Below the pieces are notes generated by a model, which saw only the letters and a program-made list of their open reading frames with translations, did no database searches and had not been told where the DNA came from. A stretch of DNA of 23,928 nucleotides from a virus. Its lineage: Duplodnaviria > Heunggongvirae > Uroviricota > Caudoviricetes. Positions 1-6,485 of this stretch are shown here, piece by piece (positions within the stretch are counted from its first letter, which is position 1; each line of letters begins with the position of its first letter). Both the position numbers and the translations under genes were made by a program. Location of the stretch: the IMG/VR virus record IMGVR_UViG_2913123054_000001, positions 1 to 23,928 of that record. One strand, given 5' to 3'.

Positions 1-84
1 AACCTGAGGAGTAAGAGACCCGGCGGGGGAGGAATCCCTCGCCACCTCTGATGTGTCAGGCATCCTCAACGCACCCGCACTTAA

Positions 85-104
85 CCCGCTTCGGCGGGTT
101 TTTT
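85..104 (+). terminator. Rho-independent terminator (CCCGC-UUCG-GCGGG stem-loop followed by TTTTTT)
   Basis: Perfect 5-bp GC stem 85-89/94-98 with a UUCG tetraloop and a T6 tract at 99-104; closes whatever transcript enters the window from upstream. Confidence 0.75.
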
Positions 105-266
105 ACTTTAACAGATCAAGTTTTAGCCGATTCGCCAATTAAACCGACCTTCGTTTGTTGATAAGCGGGTATGCCTGACTAGAATCGATTCACTTAAGTA
201 GCGCGCAGGGATAAGAGGGATGGACTCCTCTTTGGGGAGATGTTTAAAGTCCACAGGATTTTTACT

Positions 267-434
267 ATGAATGATAAGGAATTGATTATTGCGCTTTCTT
301 TACCAGGTCACTACGAAGTGATAACCCTCGAAAGCGGTGAGTTTATTGTAACGCCATTACCGCCAGATGCTATTCTAATTAGCAAAGAATCACATGCAGA
401 TTCTGCAAGTCACTTCTGTATCAAAGAAGACTAA
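267..434 (+). CDS. Small hypothetical protein (about 55 aa) in an AT-rich island
   Basis: ORF-track frame 240..434; ATG at 267 has AGGA about 9 nt upstream, while ATG at 240 has no usable spacing. The 121-490 segment is visibly AT-rich compared with the phage genes. No motif recognised. Confidence 0.35.
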   Translation: MNDKELIIALSLPGHYEVITLESGEFIVTPLPPDAILISKESHADSASHFCIKED

Positions 435-493
435 ATTATACTGGTAATGCCAGCCTGAACACCTGGCACCTGTCGCACCATTACGAGGTAGTA

Positions 494-1093
494 GTGGTGC
501 ATTTACAACTGGTCAAACAAACTTCTTCTGGTTTACTTCTCCCGGCGACGCCGGAGAGTTGCGATTTTCTGCATCAAATCAAAATAGGTGAGTGGATACA
601 CGCAGACTTTAAGCGTGTGCGTAACTACGCATTCCATAAGCGTTTTTTCAAACTTCTGCAACTCGGATTCGATTACTGGACTCCGGTCGGTGGGGCGATC
701 ACGCCTCGCGAACGAACACTGGTGTCAGGTTTCGTTGATTACCTGTGTGACTCGGTAGGCAGGGAACATACGCCAGCCCTGAGCGAAGCCGCAGAGCAAT
801 ATCTGAATACAGTTGCGACACGCAGAATCCGGGATACGGCATTGCTAAAGTCGTTTGAGGCTTTCCGCGAGTGGGTAACCATTCAGGCCGGATTTTACAC
901 CGAGCATTTTTATCCGGACGGTAGCCGAGGGCGTCGGGCGAAATCCATCGCGTTTGCGAATATGGACGAAACCGAGTTTCAGCAGGTTTATAAATCTGTA
1001 CTGAATGTGCTGTGGAACTGGATCCTGTTCCGTAAATTTTCCTCTCCGGAACAGGTCGAAAATGTGGCCGCGCAGCTGCTGGAGTTTGCGTAA
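494..1093 (+). CDS. DUF1367-like lambdoid nin-region protein
   Basis: 199-aa ORF with GTG start and GAGG 5 nt upstream; sequence character and position immediately upstream of a DUF1364/YbcO-like gene and Q match lambdoid nin-region organisation. Family assigned from memory. Confidence 0.7.
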   Translation: MVHLQLVKQTSSGLLLPATPESCDFLHQIKIGEWIHADFKRVRNYAFHKRFFKLLQLGFDYWTPVGGAITPRERTLVSGFVDYLCDSVGREHTPALSEAAEQYLNTVATRRIRDTALLKSFEAFREWVTIQAGFYTEHFYPDGSRGRRAKSIAFANMDETEFQQVYKSVLNVLWNWILFRKFSSPEQVENVAAQLLEFA

Positions 1094-1383
1094 TGGTGGA
1101 TTTACGTAAAGCGGCGCGGGGCCAGATGTGCCAGGTCAGAATCCCTGGCTACTGCAATCACAATCCCGAAACGTCTGTACTGGCGCATTACCGACTGGCG
1201 GGAACGTGCGGAACAGCGATAAAGCCACACGATATGCAGGCAGCGATTGCCTGTAGCTCGTGCCACGATTTAATCGACGGGCGGGTAAAAACCAGCGATT
1301 ACACCAAAGAAGAATTACGCCTGATGCATGCAGAAGGTGTTTTTCGCACACAAGAAATCTGGAGAAAGGAGGGATATTTATGA
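1093..1383 (+). CDS. DUF1364 / YbcO-like prophage protein (Cys-rich, putative nuclease-like nin-region protein)
   Basis: 96 aa beginning MVDLRKAARGQMCQVRIPGYCNHNPETSVLAH, with conserved Cys/His positions resembling DLP12 YbcO; start overlaps the upstream stop (TAATG coupling). Confidence 0.75.
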   Translation: MVDLRKAARGQMCQVRIPGYCNHNPETSVLAHYRLAGTCGTAIKPHDMQAAIACSSCHDLIDGRVKTSDYTKEELRLMHAEGVFRTQEIWRKEGYL

Positions 1384-1922
1384 TTTACCCAACGAATACA
1401 GGAAAAAGCGGAGAACACCTTCGTCTCACCACGCTGGAAAGTGTCTGGATTCAGGGGAAACTGCGCATGTGGGGGCGCTGGTCGTATATTGGCGGCGGTA
1501 AGACGGGAAATATGTTCAACCAGTTGCTGACCTCTAAAAAGCTGACAAAAACGGCAATTAACGAGGCGCTCCGGAGGATGAAAAAAGCAGGTCTGGACAA
1601 ACCTGAACTTGAGGCTTTTTTGCGGGATATGATCAACGGCAAGCAAAAAAGCTGGCTGGTGCATTGTACTGATGCAGAGGCGTTATGCATTGATCGGGTG
1701 ATTAGTGAAGTGCTGGCAGAGCATCCTGGATTGATTTTTATCCTCCGACAAAGATATGAAGGGCGGGGGATGAGTAAGCGTAAAATGGCTGAATTGCTGA
1801 ATGATGCACATCCTGAGTGGTGTTTTAGCACATGCGAAAAGCGAATTGCTAATTGGTTAGCCGTTGCTGAATATGCCCTGTATATTCCCATGCGGGAATC
1901 ATTTGCTCAAAAAATAGCTTGA
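1380..1922 (+). CDS. Putative late-gene antiterminator (Q-like)
   Basis: 180-aa ORF; ATG at 1380 overlaps the upstream stop (ATGA) with AAGGAGGG 5 nt upstream. Sits between nin-like genes and a terminator-rich leader preceding the lysis cassette, the canonical Q slot. Call rests on position more than on recognised sequence. Confidence 0.55.
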   Translation: MIYPTNTGKSGEHLRLTTLESVWIQGKLRMWGRWSYIGGGKTGNMFNQLLTSKKLTKTAINEALRRMKKAGLDKPELEAFLRDMINGKQKSWLVHCTDAEALCIDRVISEVLAEHPGLIFILRQRYEGRGMSKRKMAELLNDAHPEWCFSTCEKRIANWLAVAEYALYIPMRESFAQKIA

Positions 1923-2006
1923 TTTTTTACGCATAAACTGCTTCAATTCCGGCAAGCTTCGCAAAGCTGTATCGCGAGGCGAATCAAGCGCATGAACTTT
2001 ACCAGA

Positions 2007-2034
2007 ACCCGCCATTGAGCGGGTTTTGTTCTTT
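2007..2034 (+). terminator. Intrinsic terminator candidate 1 in late leader
   Basis: ACCCGC(2007-2012)/GCGGGT(2019-2024) stem, 6-nt loop, then a T-rich tract TTTGTTCTTT. Confidence 0.5.
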
Positions 2035-2038
2035 CTGA

Positions 2039-2061
2039 GGCTCGCTACGGCGGGCCTTTTT
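2039..2061 (+). terminator. Intrinsic terminator candidate 2 in late leader
   Basis: 7-bp stem 2039-2045/2050-2056 (one G-U pair), UACG loop, T5 tract at 2057-2061. Confidence 0.5.
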
Positions 2062-2150
2062 CATATCCGCGCCACGCCCGGCGCAAATCTGAATAACACC
2101 ACACAAAAGGCATCTGCGAATGCCGGTGCTTTTGACGGGGTGTTTTTTAC

Positions 2151-2172
2151 GGGCCGCTGGTGGCCCTTTTTT
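2151..2172 (+). terminator. Intrinsic terminator candidate 3 (tR'-like) immediately upstream of holin RBS
   Basis: GGGCC(2151-2155)/GGCCC(2162-2166) stem, 6-nt loop, T6 tract at 2167-2172; holin RBS CAGGAGA follows at 2178-2184. Confidence 0.6.
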
Positions 2173-2188
2173 ATTTACAGGAGATGTT

Positions 2189-2575
2189 ATGGCAGAACCA
2201 GTATCCGGCACGACACAGGCCGGGCTGGCTGTTGGCGGGGTAACCGTTGTCGGCCTGTTCGACTGGATTGAGCCAGGCGTATTAATCGGGGCTTTTGCAG
2301 GTTCCATTATTTTTGTTATGTCGGCGCGCGAATACCCGGTCTGGGGAAAATTGCTGCTTTTTATCGCGTCACTGATGGCGGGAATCGTCGCCGCGCCCTT
2401 CTCGTCTTCGGTTATCACTTTGCTTACACCGGAAAGCATTTCAGCCAGTCGTTCGGTTGGTGCGCTGGTGGCGTCTGCGGTATCGGTCCGCTTGTTAATG
2501 CTGTTGGGGAATGAGCCGTCATCATTATTTGGTCGGTTCTGGCCTAAAGGGAGAGGAGGCGATGGGGGTAAGTAA
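2189..2575 (+). CDS. Putative holin (multi-pass membrane protein)
   Basis: 128 aa from ATG 2189 with CAGGAGA RBS directly upstream; three to four hydrophobic helices and a charged C-terminal tail; first gene of the lysis cassette. Confidence 0.65.
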   Translation: MAEPVSGTTQAGLAVGGVTVVGLFDWIEPGVLIGAFAGSIIFVMSAREYPVWGKLLLFIASLMAGIVAAPFSSSVITLLTPESISASRSVGALVASAVSVRLLMLLGNEPSSLFGRFWPKGRGGDGGK

Positions 2576-2843
2576 TTTTATTCTTACGCTGAATGCGTTC
2601 ACCTGCGCCCTGATTGTTCTCGTCCTTCTTGCTTATCAACGAAGTGGCGCAAATTACTGCTGGAAGTCCTCTTTTTGCGCCTGGTTGCTGATGGTTGCCT
2701 GCGGCTCGGTAACCATCTTGATTCTGACCGGGGTCTATCGTCATCCAAGCATACCCGAAACCGTTATCAATATCGCACTGCTGGTGACTGTATGGGGTGC
2801 CAGGGGAAATATATCTCGACTGGTAAACAGCAGGAAGAATTAA
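2562..2843 (+). CDS. Second holin-like / antiholin-like small membrane protein
   Basis: 93 aa from ATG 2562 with GGGAGAGGAGG RBS; overlaps the holin 3' end by 14 nt; three predicted transmembrane segments. Confidence 0.55.
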   Translation: MGVSNFILTLNAFTCALIVLVLLAYQRSGANYCWKSSFCAWLLMVACGSVTILILTGVYRHPSIPETVINIALLVTVWGARGNISRLVNSRKN

Positions 2844-2855
2844 CAGGAAAATATC

Positions 2856-3398
2856 ATGACAAAAGACGAGATTTTTGATGCCGTTCTGGGTAAAGAGGGC
2901 GGCTACGTCAACCATCCGGATGATAAAGGTGGGCCGACCAAATGGGGCATTACGGAAAAAGTCGCCCGTGCGCACGGATATCAGGGTGATATGCGTGACC
3001 TGACGCGCGGGCAGGCGCTGGAAATACTCGAGGCGGATTACTGGTACGGCCCACGATTCGACCAGATTGCTAACCTGTCGCCGGATATTGCCGCAGAGCT
3101 GTGCGACACGGGCGTGAACATGGGACCAGCCGTGGCGTCCAGAATGTTTCAACGCTGGCTGAACGTTTTCAACCTGCGCGGGAAACTGTATCCGGATATG
3201 GATGCAGATGGACGTATCGGCCCACGAACTATTAATGCGTTACGGGCATATCTGAAAAATCGCGGCAGGGATGGCGAACGGGTAATGCTGACCGCACTGA
3301 ACTGTACGCAGGGTGAGCGCTATCTGGAGCTGGCAGAGAGACGGGAGGCCAACGAGTCGTTTGTCTACGGCTGGATGAAAGAGCGCGTGGCAGTTTAA
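2856..3398 (+). CDS. Endolysin, GH108-type N-terminal domain with C-terminal peptidoglycan-binding (PG_binding_3-like) domain
   Basis: 180 aa; N-terminal EGGYVNHPDDKGGPTKWGIT motif typical of GH108 lysozyme-like proteins; AGGAAAA RBS upstream; directly follows the holin genes. Confidence 0.8.
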   Translation: MTKDEIFDAVLGKEGGYVNHPDDKGGPTKWGITEKVARAHGYQGDMRDLTRGQALEILEADYWYGPRFDQIANLSPDIAAELCDTGVNMGPAVASRMFQRWLNVFNLRGKLYPDMDADGRIGPRTINALRAYLKNRGRDGERVMLTALNCTQGERYLELAERREANESFVYGWMKERVAV

Positions 3399-3502
3399 AA
3401 ACTGACGCTGAAGTGCTGAACACCCTCAACTTATTTCGGCTCTATTCTGAATTTACGATGGGCAAAAGTCAGGGTAATGGCGTCAGATGGCAAAAAGCAA
3501 AA

Positions 3503-3535
3503 ACCCCGGCTGCGGTAACAGTCCGGGGTTTTCTG
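3503..3535 (+). terminator. Rho-independent terminator downstream of endolysin (A-tract upstream, so possibly bidirectional)
   Basis: ACCCCGG(3503-3509)/CCGGGGT(3523-3529) stem with inner CUG/CAG pairing, then TTTTCTGTTTC; lies inside the N-terminal part of track ORF 3413..3748, arguing that ORF really starts at 3566. Confidence 0.6.
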
Positions 3536-3565
3536 TTTCTGGCCTTGGGTAAGACAAAGGAAAAC

Positions 3566-3748
3566 ATGACGAATTATAAACTAATTCTGTTGAGGTTGAC
3601 TATGAAAAACGGCCTTGAATTGAAAGCGCCTGTAACTGATGACATCAGCAGAGCGGTGGCTTTTGCCATTAAGTGGGTGGCGGTTGGTATCGCTGTGTCT
3701 CCGATGCTGTATGGGCTGGCAAAACTGGTCATTGCGGTGAAATCGTAA
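3566..3748 (+). CDS. Small membrane protein (60 aa, C-terminal transmembrane helix); lysis-associated or accessory, function unknown
   Basis: In-frame ATG at 3566 with AAGGAAAAC RBS immediately after the terminator; hydrophobic stretch AVAFAIKWVAVGIAVSPMLYGLAKLVIAV. Confidence 0.45.
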   Translation: MTNYKLILLRLTMKNGLELKAPVTDDISRAVAFAIKWVAVGIAVSPMLYGLAKLVIAVKS

Positions 3749-3765
3749 GTGGGGCGGGGGTAAAT

Positions 3766-3900
3766 ATGTCAGACAGCATCATAAAACTGGCGCGGATTCT
3801 TTGTGTGGTTGTTGGCCTTTCATTTTCAGCAATGTTGGTTGCTATTTTCATTTCCACTGCCTGGCGAGTATTGGGCTTATCCGGGTTGATTGGTGGATAG
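3766..3900 (+). CDS. Small hydrophobic peptide (44 aa, single transmembrane helix), function unknown
   Basis: ATG 3766 preceded by a G-rich RBS-like run (3751-3760); sequence MSDSIIKLARILCVVVGLSFSAMLVAIFISTAW is dominated by one transmembrane helix. Confidence 0.4.
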   Translation: MSDSIIKLARILCVVVGLSFSAMLVAIFISTAWRVLGLSGLIGG

Positions 3901-3904
3901 CGAG

Positions 3905-4087
3905 ATGAAGCGGAAGCACTGGACACACAGAATGCCACGAACGGCGGCGAAATGGGCACTGGTAGCGATATTAGCGCCTTTTTTATTGGTGGGATGCGTC
4001 AGCCTGGATAAGGCGCGCCAGCTTTTCGATACCGCTTCTCAGGTCTGTGAAATTGTCGACGGTGTCCGGCAGTGTATGCAGAACTGA
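3905..4087 (+). CDS. Small putative lipoprotein (60 aa; lipobox LLVGC; about 30-aa mature peptide with 3 Cys)
   Basis: ATG 3905 with GGTGGA 8 nt upstream; basic n-region, hydrophobic h-region, lipobox L-V-G-C. Mature part lacks the Pro-rich character of canonical Rz1 o-spanins. Confidence 0.45.
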   Translation: MKRKHWTHRMPRTAAKWALVAILAPFLLVGCVSLDKARQLFDTASQVCEIVDGVRQCMQN

Positions 4088-4116
4088 TCGCCTGATAATT
4101 GTTTTACTAAGGAGAA

Positions 4117-4308
4117 ATGATGGAATCGCCAATTATGAAATATTTCAATTATGAGCATCTTCCGACTTCGTTAAAGGAAGTGAGTAAGCCAATTGGTGAT
4201 CTGGCAAGAGTAATGGATGAATCTTTGCCAGACGGTCCGGAAAAGTCGGCTGGGTTACGTAAATTGCTTGAAGCAAAAGATGCTCTGGTGCGAGCGAAAC
4301 TGGGTTAA
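4117..4308 (+). CDS. Small soluble hypothetical protein (about 63 aa)
   Basis: Strong AAGGAG RBS at 4109-4114 upstream of tandem ATGs at 4117/4120; hydrophilic, helix-prone sequence; no motif recognised. Confidence 0.5.
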   Translation: MMESPIMKYFNYEHLPTSLKEVSKPIGDLARVMDESLPDGPEKSAGLRKLLEAKDALVRAKLG

Positions 4309-4366
4309 GGCATTACAGCAGCCCTTCAGTGAGGGGCTGCGATAATGTCACTAAGAGGAAAAATTC

Positions 4367-5116
4367 ATGGCAAAACCGGACTGGGAGGCCATCGAATCGG
4401 CATACCGGGCCGGAGTCCTTAGCCTCCGTGATATAGGTGAGAAATACGGCGTAACAGAAGGGGCTATCAGGAAGAGGGCTAAAAAGCTTGGTTGGGTACG
4501 CAGTGGCGGTACGCAGGTTTGCAAAAATGGTACGCAAAAAAGAAAAGTGCGTACCAGCAGAAAGCCTGCCATTACTGGCCTTACACAAAAAGGTACGCAA
4601 ACAAAAACAGAACCTACACCGGATACGAAACCGATACGCGGAATGCGTACCGATCCCCCGACTAACCCATTCCAACCCGGTAACCAGCAGGCATTAAAAC
4701 ACGGTGGTTATGCCCGTCGCCTTCTGCTCAAAGATGAGGTGATAGAGGACGCTAAAGCGTTGACGCTCGAGGACGAATTATTTCGCCTTCGTGCTAACAA
4801 CCTTGTCGCTGCAGAGAATATTGGTCGGTGGCTGGTGTCGCTGGAAGATGCTAATGGGGACCAGGAAAGGAAGATGCTGATGGAAAATATCAGCGCCGCC
4901 GAGAAAGCAATGATGCGCAATACAGTTCGTATTGAGTCCATCGTTGGCACGCTTGCGACGGTAGGAAAAATATTTGCTGATACAGCCTACCGCAAGGCCG
5001 CCACTGATAAGGTGTCTCTGGAGGCTGATCGTCTTCGCCGTGATGCAGGTATTGATGATGGCAATGGAGAGCGTGACCTCAATGACTTCTACTCTGACAT
5101 CCAAACCGACGCTTAA
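4367..5116 (+). CDS. Terminase small subunit (DNA-binding, N-terminal HTH-like)
   Basis: 249 aa beginning MAKPDWEAIESAYRAGVLSLRDIGEKYGVTEGAIRKRAKKLGW, a helix-turn-helix-like N-terminus typical of small terminase subunits; sits immediately upstream of the large terminase with overlap. Confidence 0.8.
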   Translation: MAKPDWEAIESAYRAGVLSLRDIGEKYGVTEGAIRKRAKKLGWVRSGGTQVCKNGTQKRKVRTSRKPAITGLTQKGTQTKTEPTPDTKPIRGMRTDPPTNPFQPGNQQALKHGGYARRLLLKDEVIEDAKALTLEDELFRLRANNLVAAENIGRWLVSLEDANGDQERKMLMENISAAEKAMMRNTVRIESIVGTLATVGKIFADTAYRKAATDKVSLEADRLRRDAGIDDGNGERDLNDFYSDIQTDA

Positions 5117-6485
5117 TCCGGCTTTACGTAGTTTCTGGACTACGCGGGCACGTAACAAAGTGCTTTATGGTGGCCGGTCATCGTCAAAATCATGGGATGC
5201 CGCTGGCATTGCCATATTTCTGTCGAATAAATACACCCTGCGTTTTTGTTGTGCCCGTCAGATCCAGAACAAAATCGAAGAGTCGGTGTATACCCTGCTC
5301 AAAATTCAGATAGACAGGTTTGGCCTGCGGCACCGTTTCCGTATTCTGAACAACAAAATCATTAACCGGGTTACTGGCTCGGAATTTGTTTTTTATGGAT
5401 TATGGCGCAACATCGAAGAAATTAAGTCACTGGAGGGGATCGATGTGTTGTGGCTGGAAGAAGCCCACGCACTGACGGAATACCAGTGGAAAATTCTGGA
5501 GCCAACGATCCGTAAAGAGGGTTCGGAATGCTGGTTCATATTCAACCCCGGACTTGTTACTGATTTTGTCTGGCGCAACTTTGTTGTTGATCCGCCTGAA
5601 GGCACTCTCATCCGCAAAATTAACTATGACGAAAATCCGTTTCTGTCTGACACCATGCTTAAGGTTATCGACGCGGCGCGACGTCGTGATCCGGATGGTT
5701 TTAAACATGTGTATGAGGGCGTTCCGGAGTCTGATGATGATGCGGCAATCATCAAACTGTCCTGGATAGAAGCCGCAGTGGATGCGCACAAAACGTTAAA
5801 TTTCGAACCCAGTGGAAGAAAGCGTATTGGCTTTGACGTGGCTGACAGTGGTACAGATAAGTGCGCTAACGTTTACCGTCACGGATCCGTTGTTTTCTGG
5901 GCCGACGAATGGAAGGCCAAAGAAGATGAATTACTGAAGAGCTGCCAGCGTACTTATCAGGCGGCGCTGGAGCGTGAAGCAGATATTGTTTACGACTCTA
6001 TCGGTGTTGGTGCGTCTGCCGGTGCTAAATTCTCTGAAATTAACGCTGACCGGAAGAGCGAGAATGCATACGCGAGACGTGTGAATTACCAGAGGTTTAA
6101 CGCCGGTGCTGGTGTGCATGAGCCAGATGACGAATACAACGGCATCCCCAACAAAGACTTTTTCGCAAATCTTAAGGCTCAGGCATGGTGGCTGGTGGCT
6201 GACCGTTTCAGAAATACGTTTAACGCCATTAACAACGGAGAACAGTATCCTGTGGATGAGCTGATCAGCATAGATTCTCGTTGTCCGTTGCTTGAAAAGC
6301 TGAAACTGGAACTGACAACACCTCATCGCGATTTTGACCGTAACGGACGTGTGATGGTCGAAAGTAAAAAAGACCTCGCAAAACGCGAGATACCGTCACC
6401 AAACGTTGCTGACGCATTCATTATGGCCTTCGCGCCAATTGATACATCGCTGGATATCTGGGAACAGCTGGGGAGACAGGCCTGA
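5082..6485 (+). CDS. Terminase large subunit (ATPase/nuclease)
   Basis: Long ORF with Walker A-like GGRSSSKSWD and Walker B-like VLWLEEAH motifs. Start uncertain: in-frame ATGs at 5055, 5058, 5064 and 5082; 5082 chosen for GGAGAG 10 nt upstream. Stop overlaps the portal start (TGATG). Confidence 0.85.
   Translation: MTSTLTSKPTLNPALRSFWTTRARNKVLYGGRSSSKSWDAAGIAIFLSNKYTLRFCCARQIQNKIEESVYTLLKIQIDRFGLRHRFRILNNKIINRVTGSEFVFYGLWRNIEEIKSLEGIDVLWLEEAHALTEYQWKILEPTIRKEGSECWFIFNPGLVTDFVWRNFVVDPPEGTLIRKINYDENPFLSDTMLKVIDAARRRDPDGFKHVYEGVPESDDDAAIIKLSWIEAAVDAHKTLNFEPSGRKRIGFDVADSGTDKCANVYRHGSVVFWADEWKAKEDELLKSCQRTYQAALEREADIVYDSIGVGASAGAKFSEINADRKSENAYARRVNYQRFNAGAGVHEPDDEYNGIPNKDFFANLKAQAWWLVADRFRNTFNAINNGEQYPVDELISIDSRCPLLEKLKLELTTPHRDFDRNGRVMVESKKDLAKREIPSPNVADAFIMAFAPIDTSLDIWEQLGRQA

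Larger units (their letters stand above)
1923..2188 (+). promoter_or_regulatory. Late leader region (pR'/tR'-like): putative late promoter followed by several intrinsic terminators upstream of the holin gene
   Basis: 266-bp non-coding gap between the Q-like gene and the holin containing at least three hairpin plus T-tract structures; no convincing protein-coding frame. Promoter -35/-10 elements could not be placed confidently. Confidence 0.5.

Noticed and set aside
1-84. Possible 3' end of an upstream gene or a small RNA before the first terminator
   Set aside because: Too little sequence to decide; several stop codons in all frames and no recognisable RNA motif, so no feature was called.
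1260-1379. Upstream extension of the Q-like ORF (track start 1260)
   Set aside because: Would overlap most of the DUF1364 gene in another frame; the ATG at 1380 has a strong AAGGAGGG RBS and the typical ATGA stop/start coupling.
1999-2439. 146-aa minus-strand ORF and 81-aa + strand ORF (2026..2271) in the late leader and holin region
   Set aside because: Both overlap the terminator-rich leader and the holin gene; the leader is better explained as non-coding regulatory RNA, and the holin frame has a proper RBS.
2544-3152. 202-aa ORF on the minus strand
   Set aside because: Antisense to the second holin-like gene and the endolysin, which have RBSs, coupling and recognisable motifs; incompatible with the compact + strand operon.
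3413-3565. N-terminal 51 codons of track ORF 3413..3748
   Set aside because: This stretch contains the strong terminator hairpin at 3503-3535 and has no RBS at 3413; the in-frame ATG at 3566 with AAGGAAAAC RBS is the more credible start.
4488-5158. Alternative-frame and antisense ORFs (4488..4697 +, 4708..4950 -, 4778..5158 -) within the terminase small subunit gene
   Set aside because: Embedded in a gene with clear HTH-like N-terminus and coupling to the large terminase; no supporting start signals.
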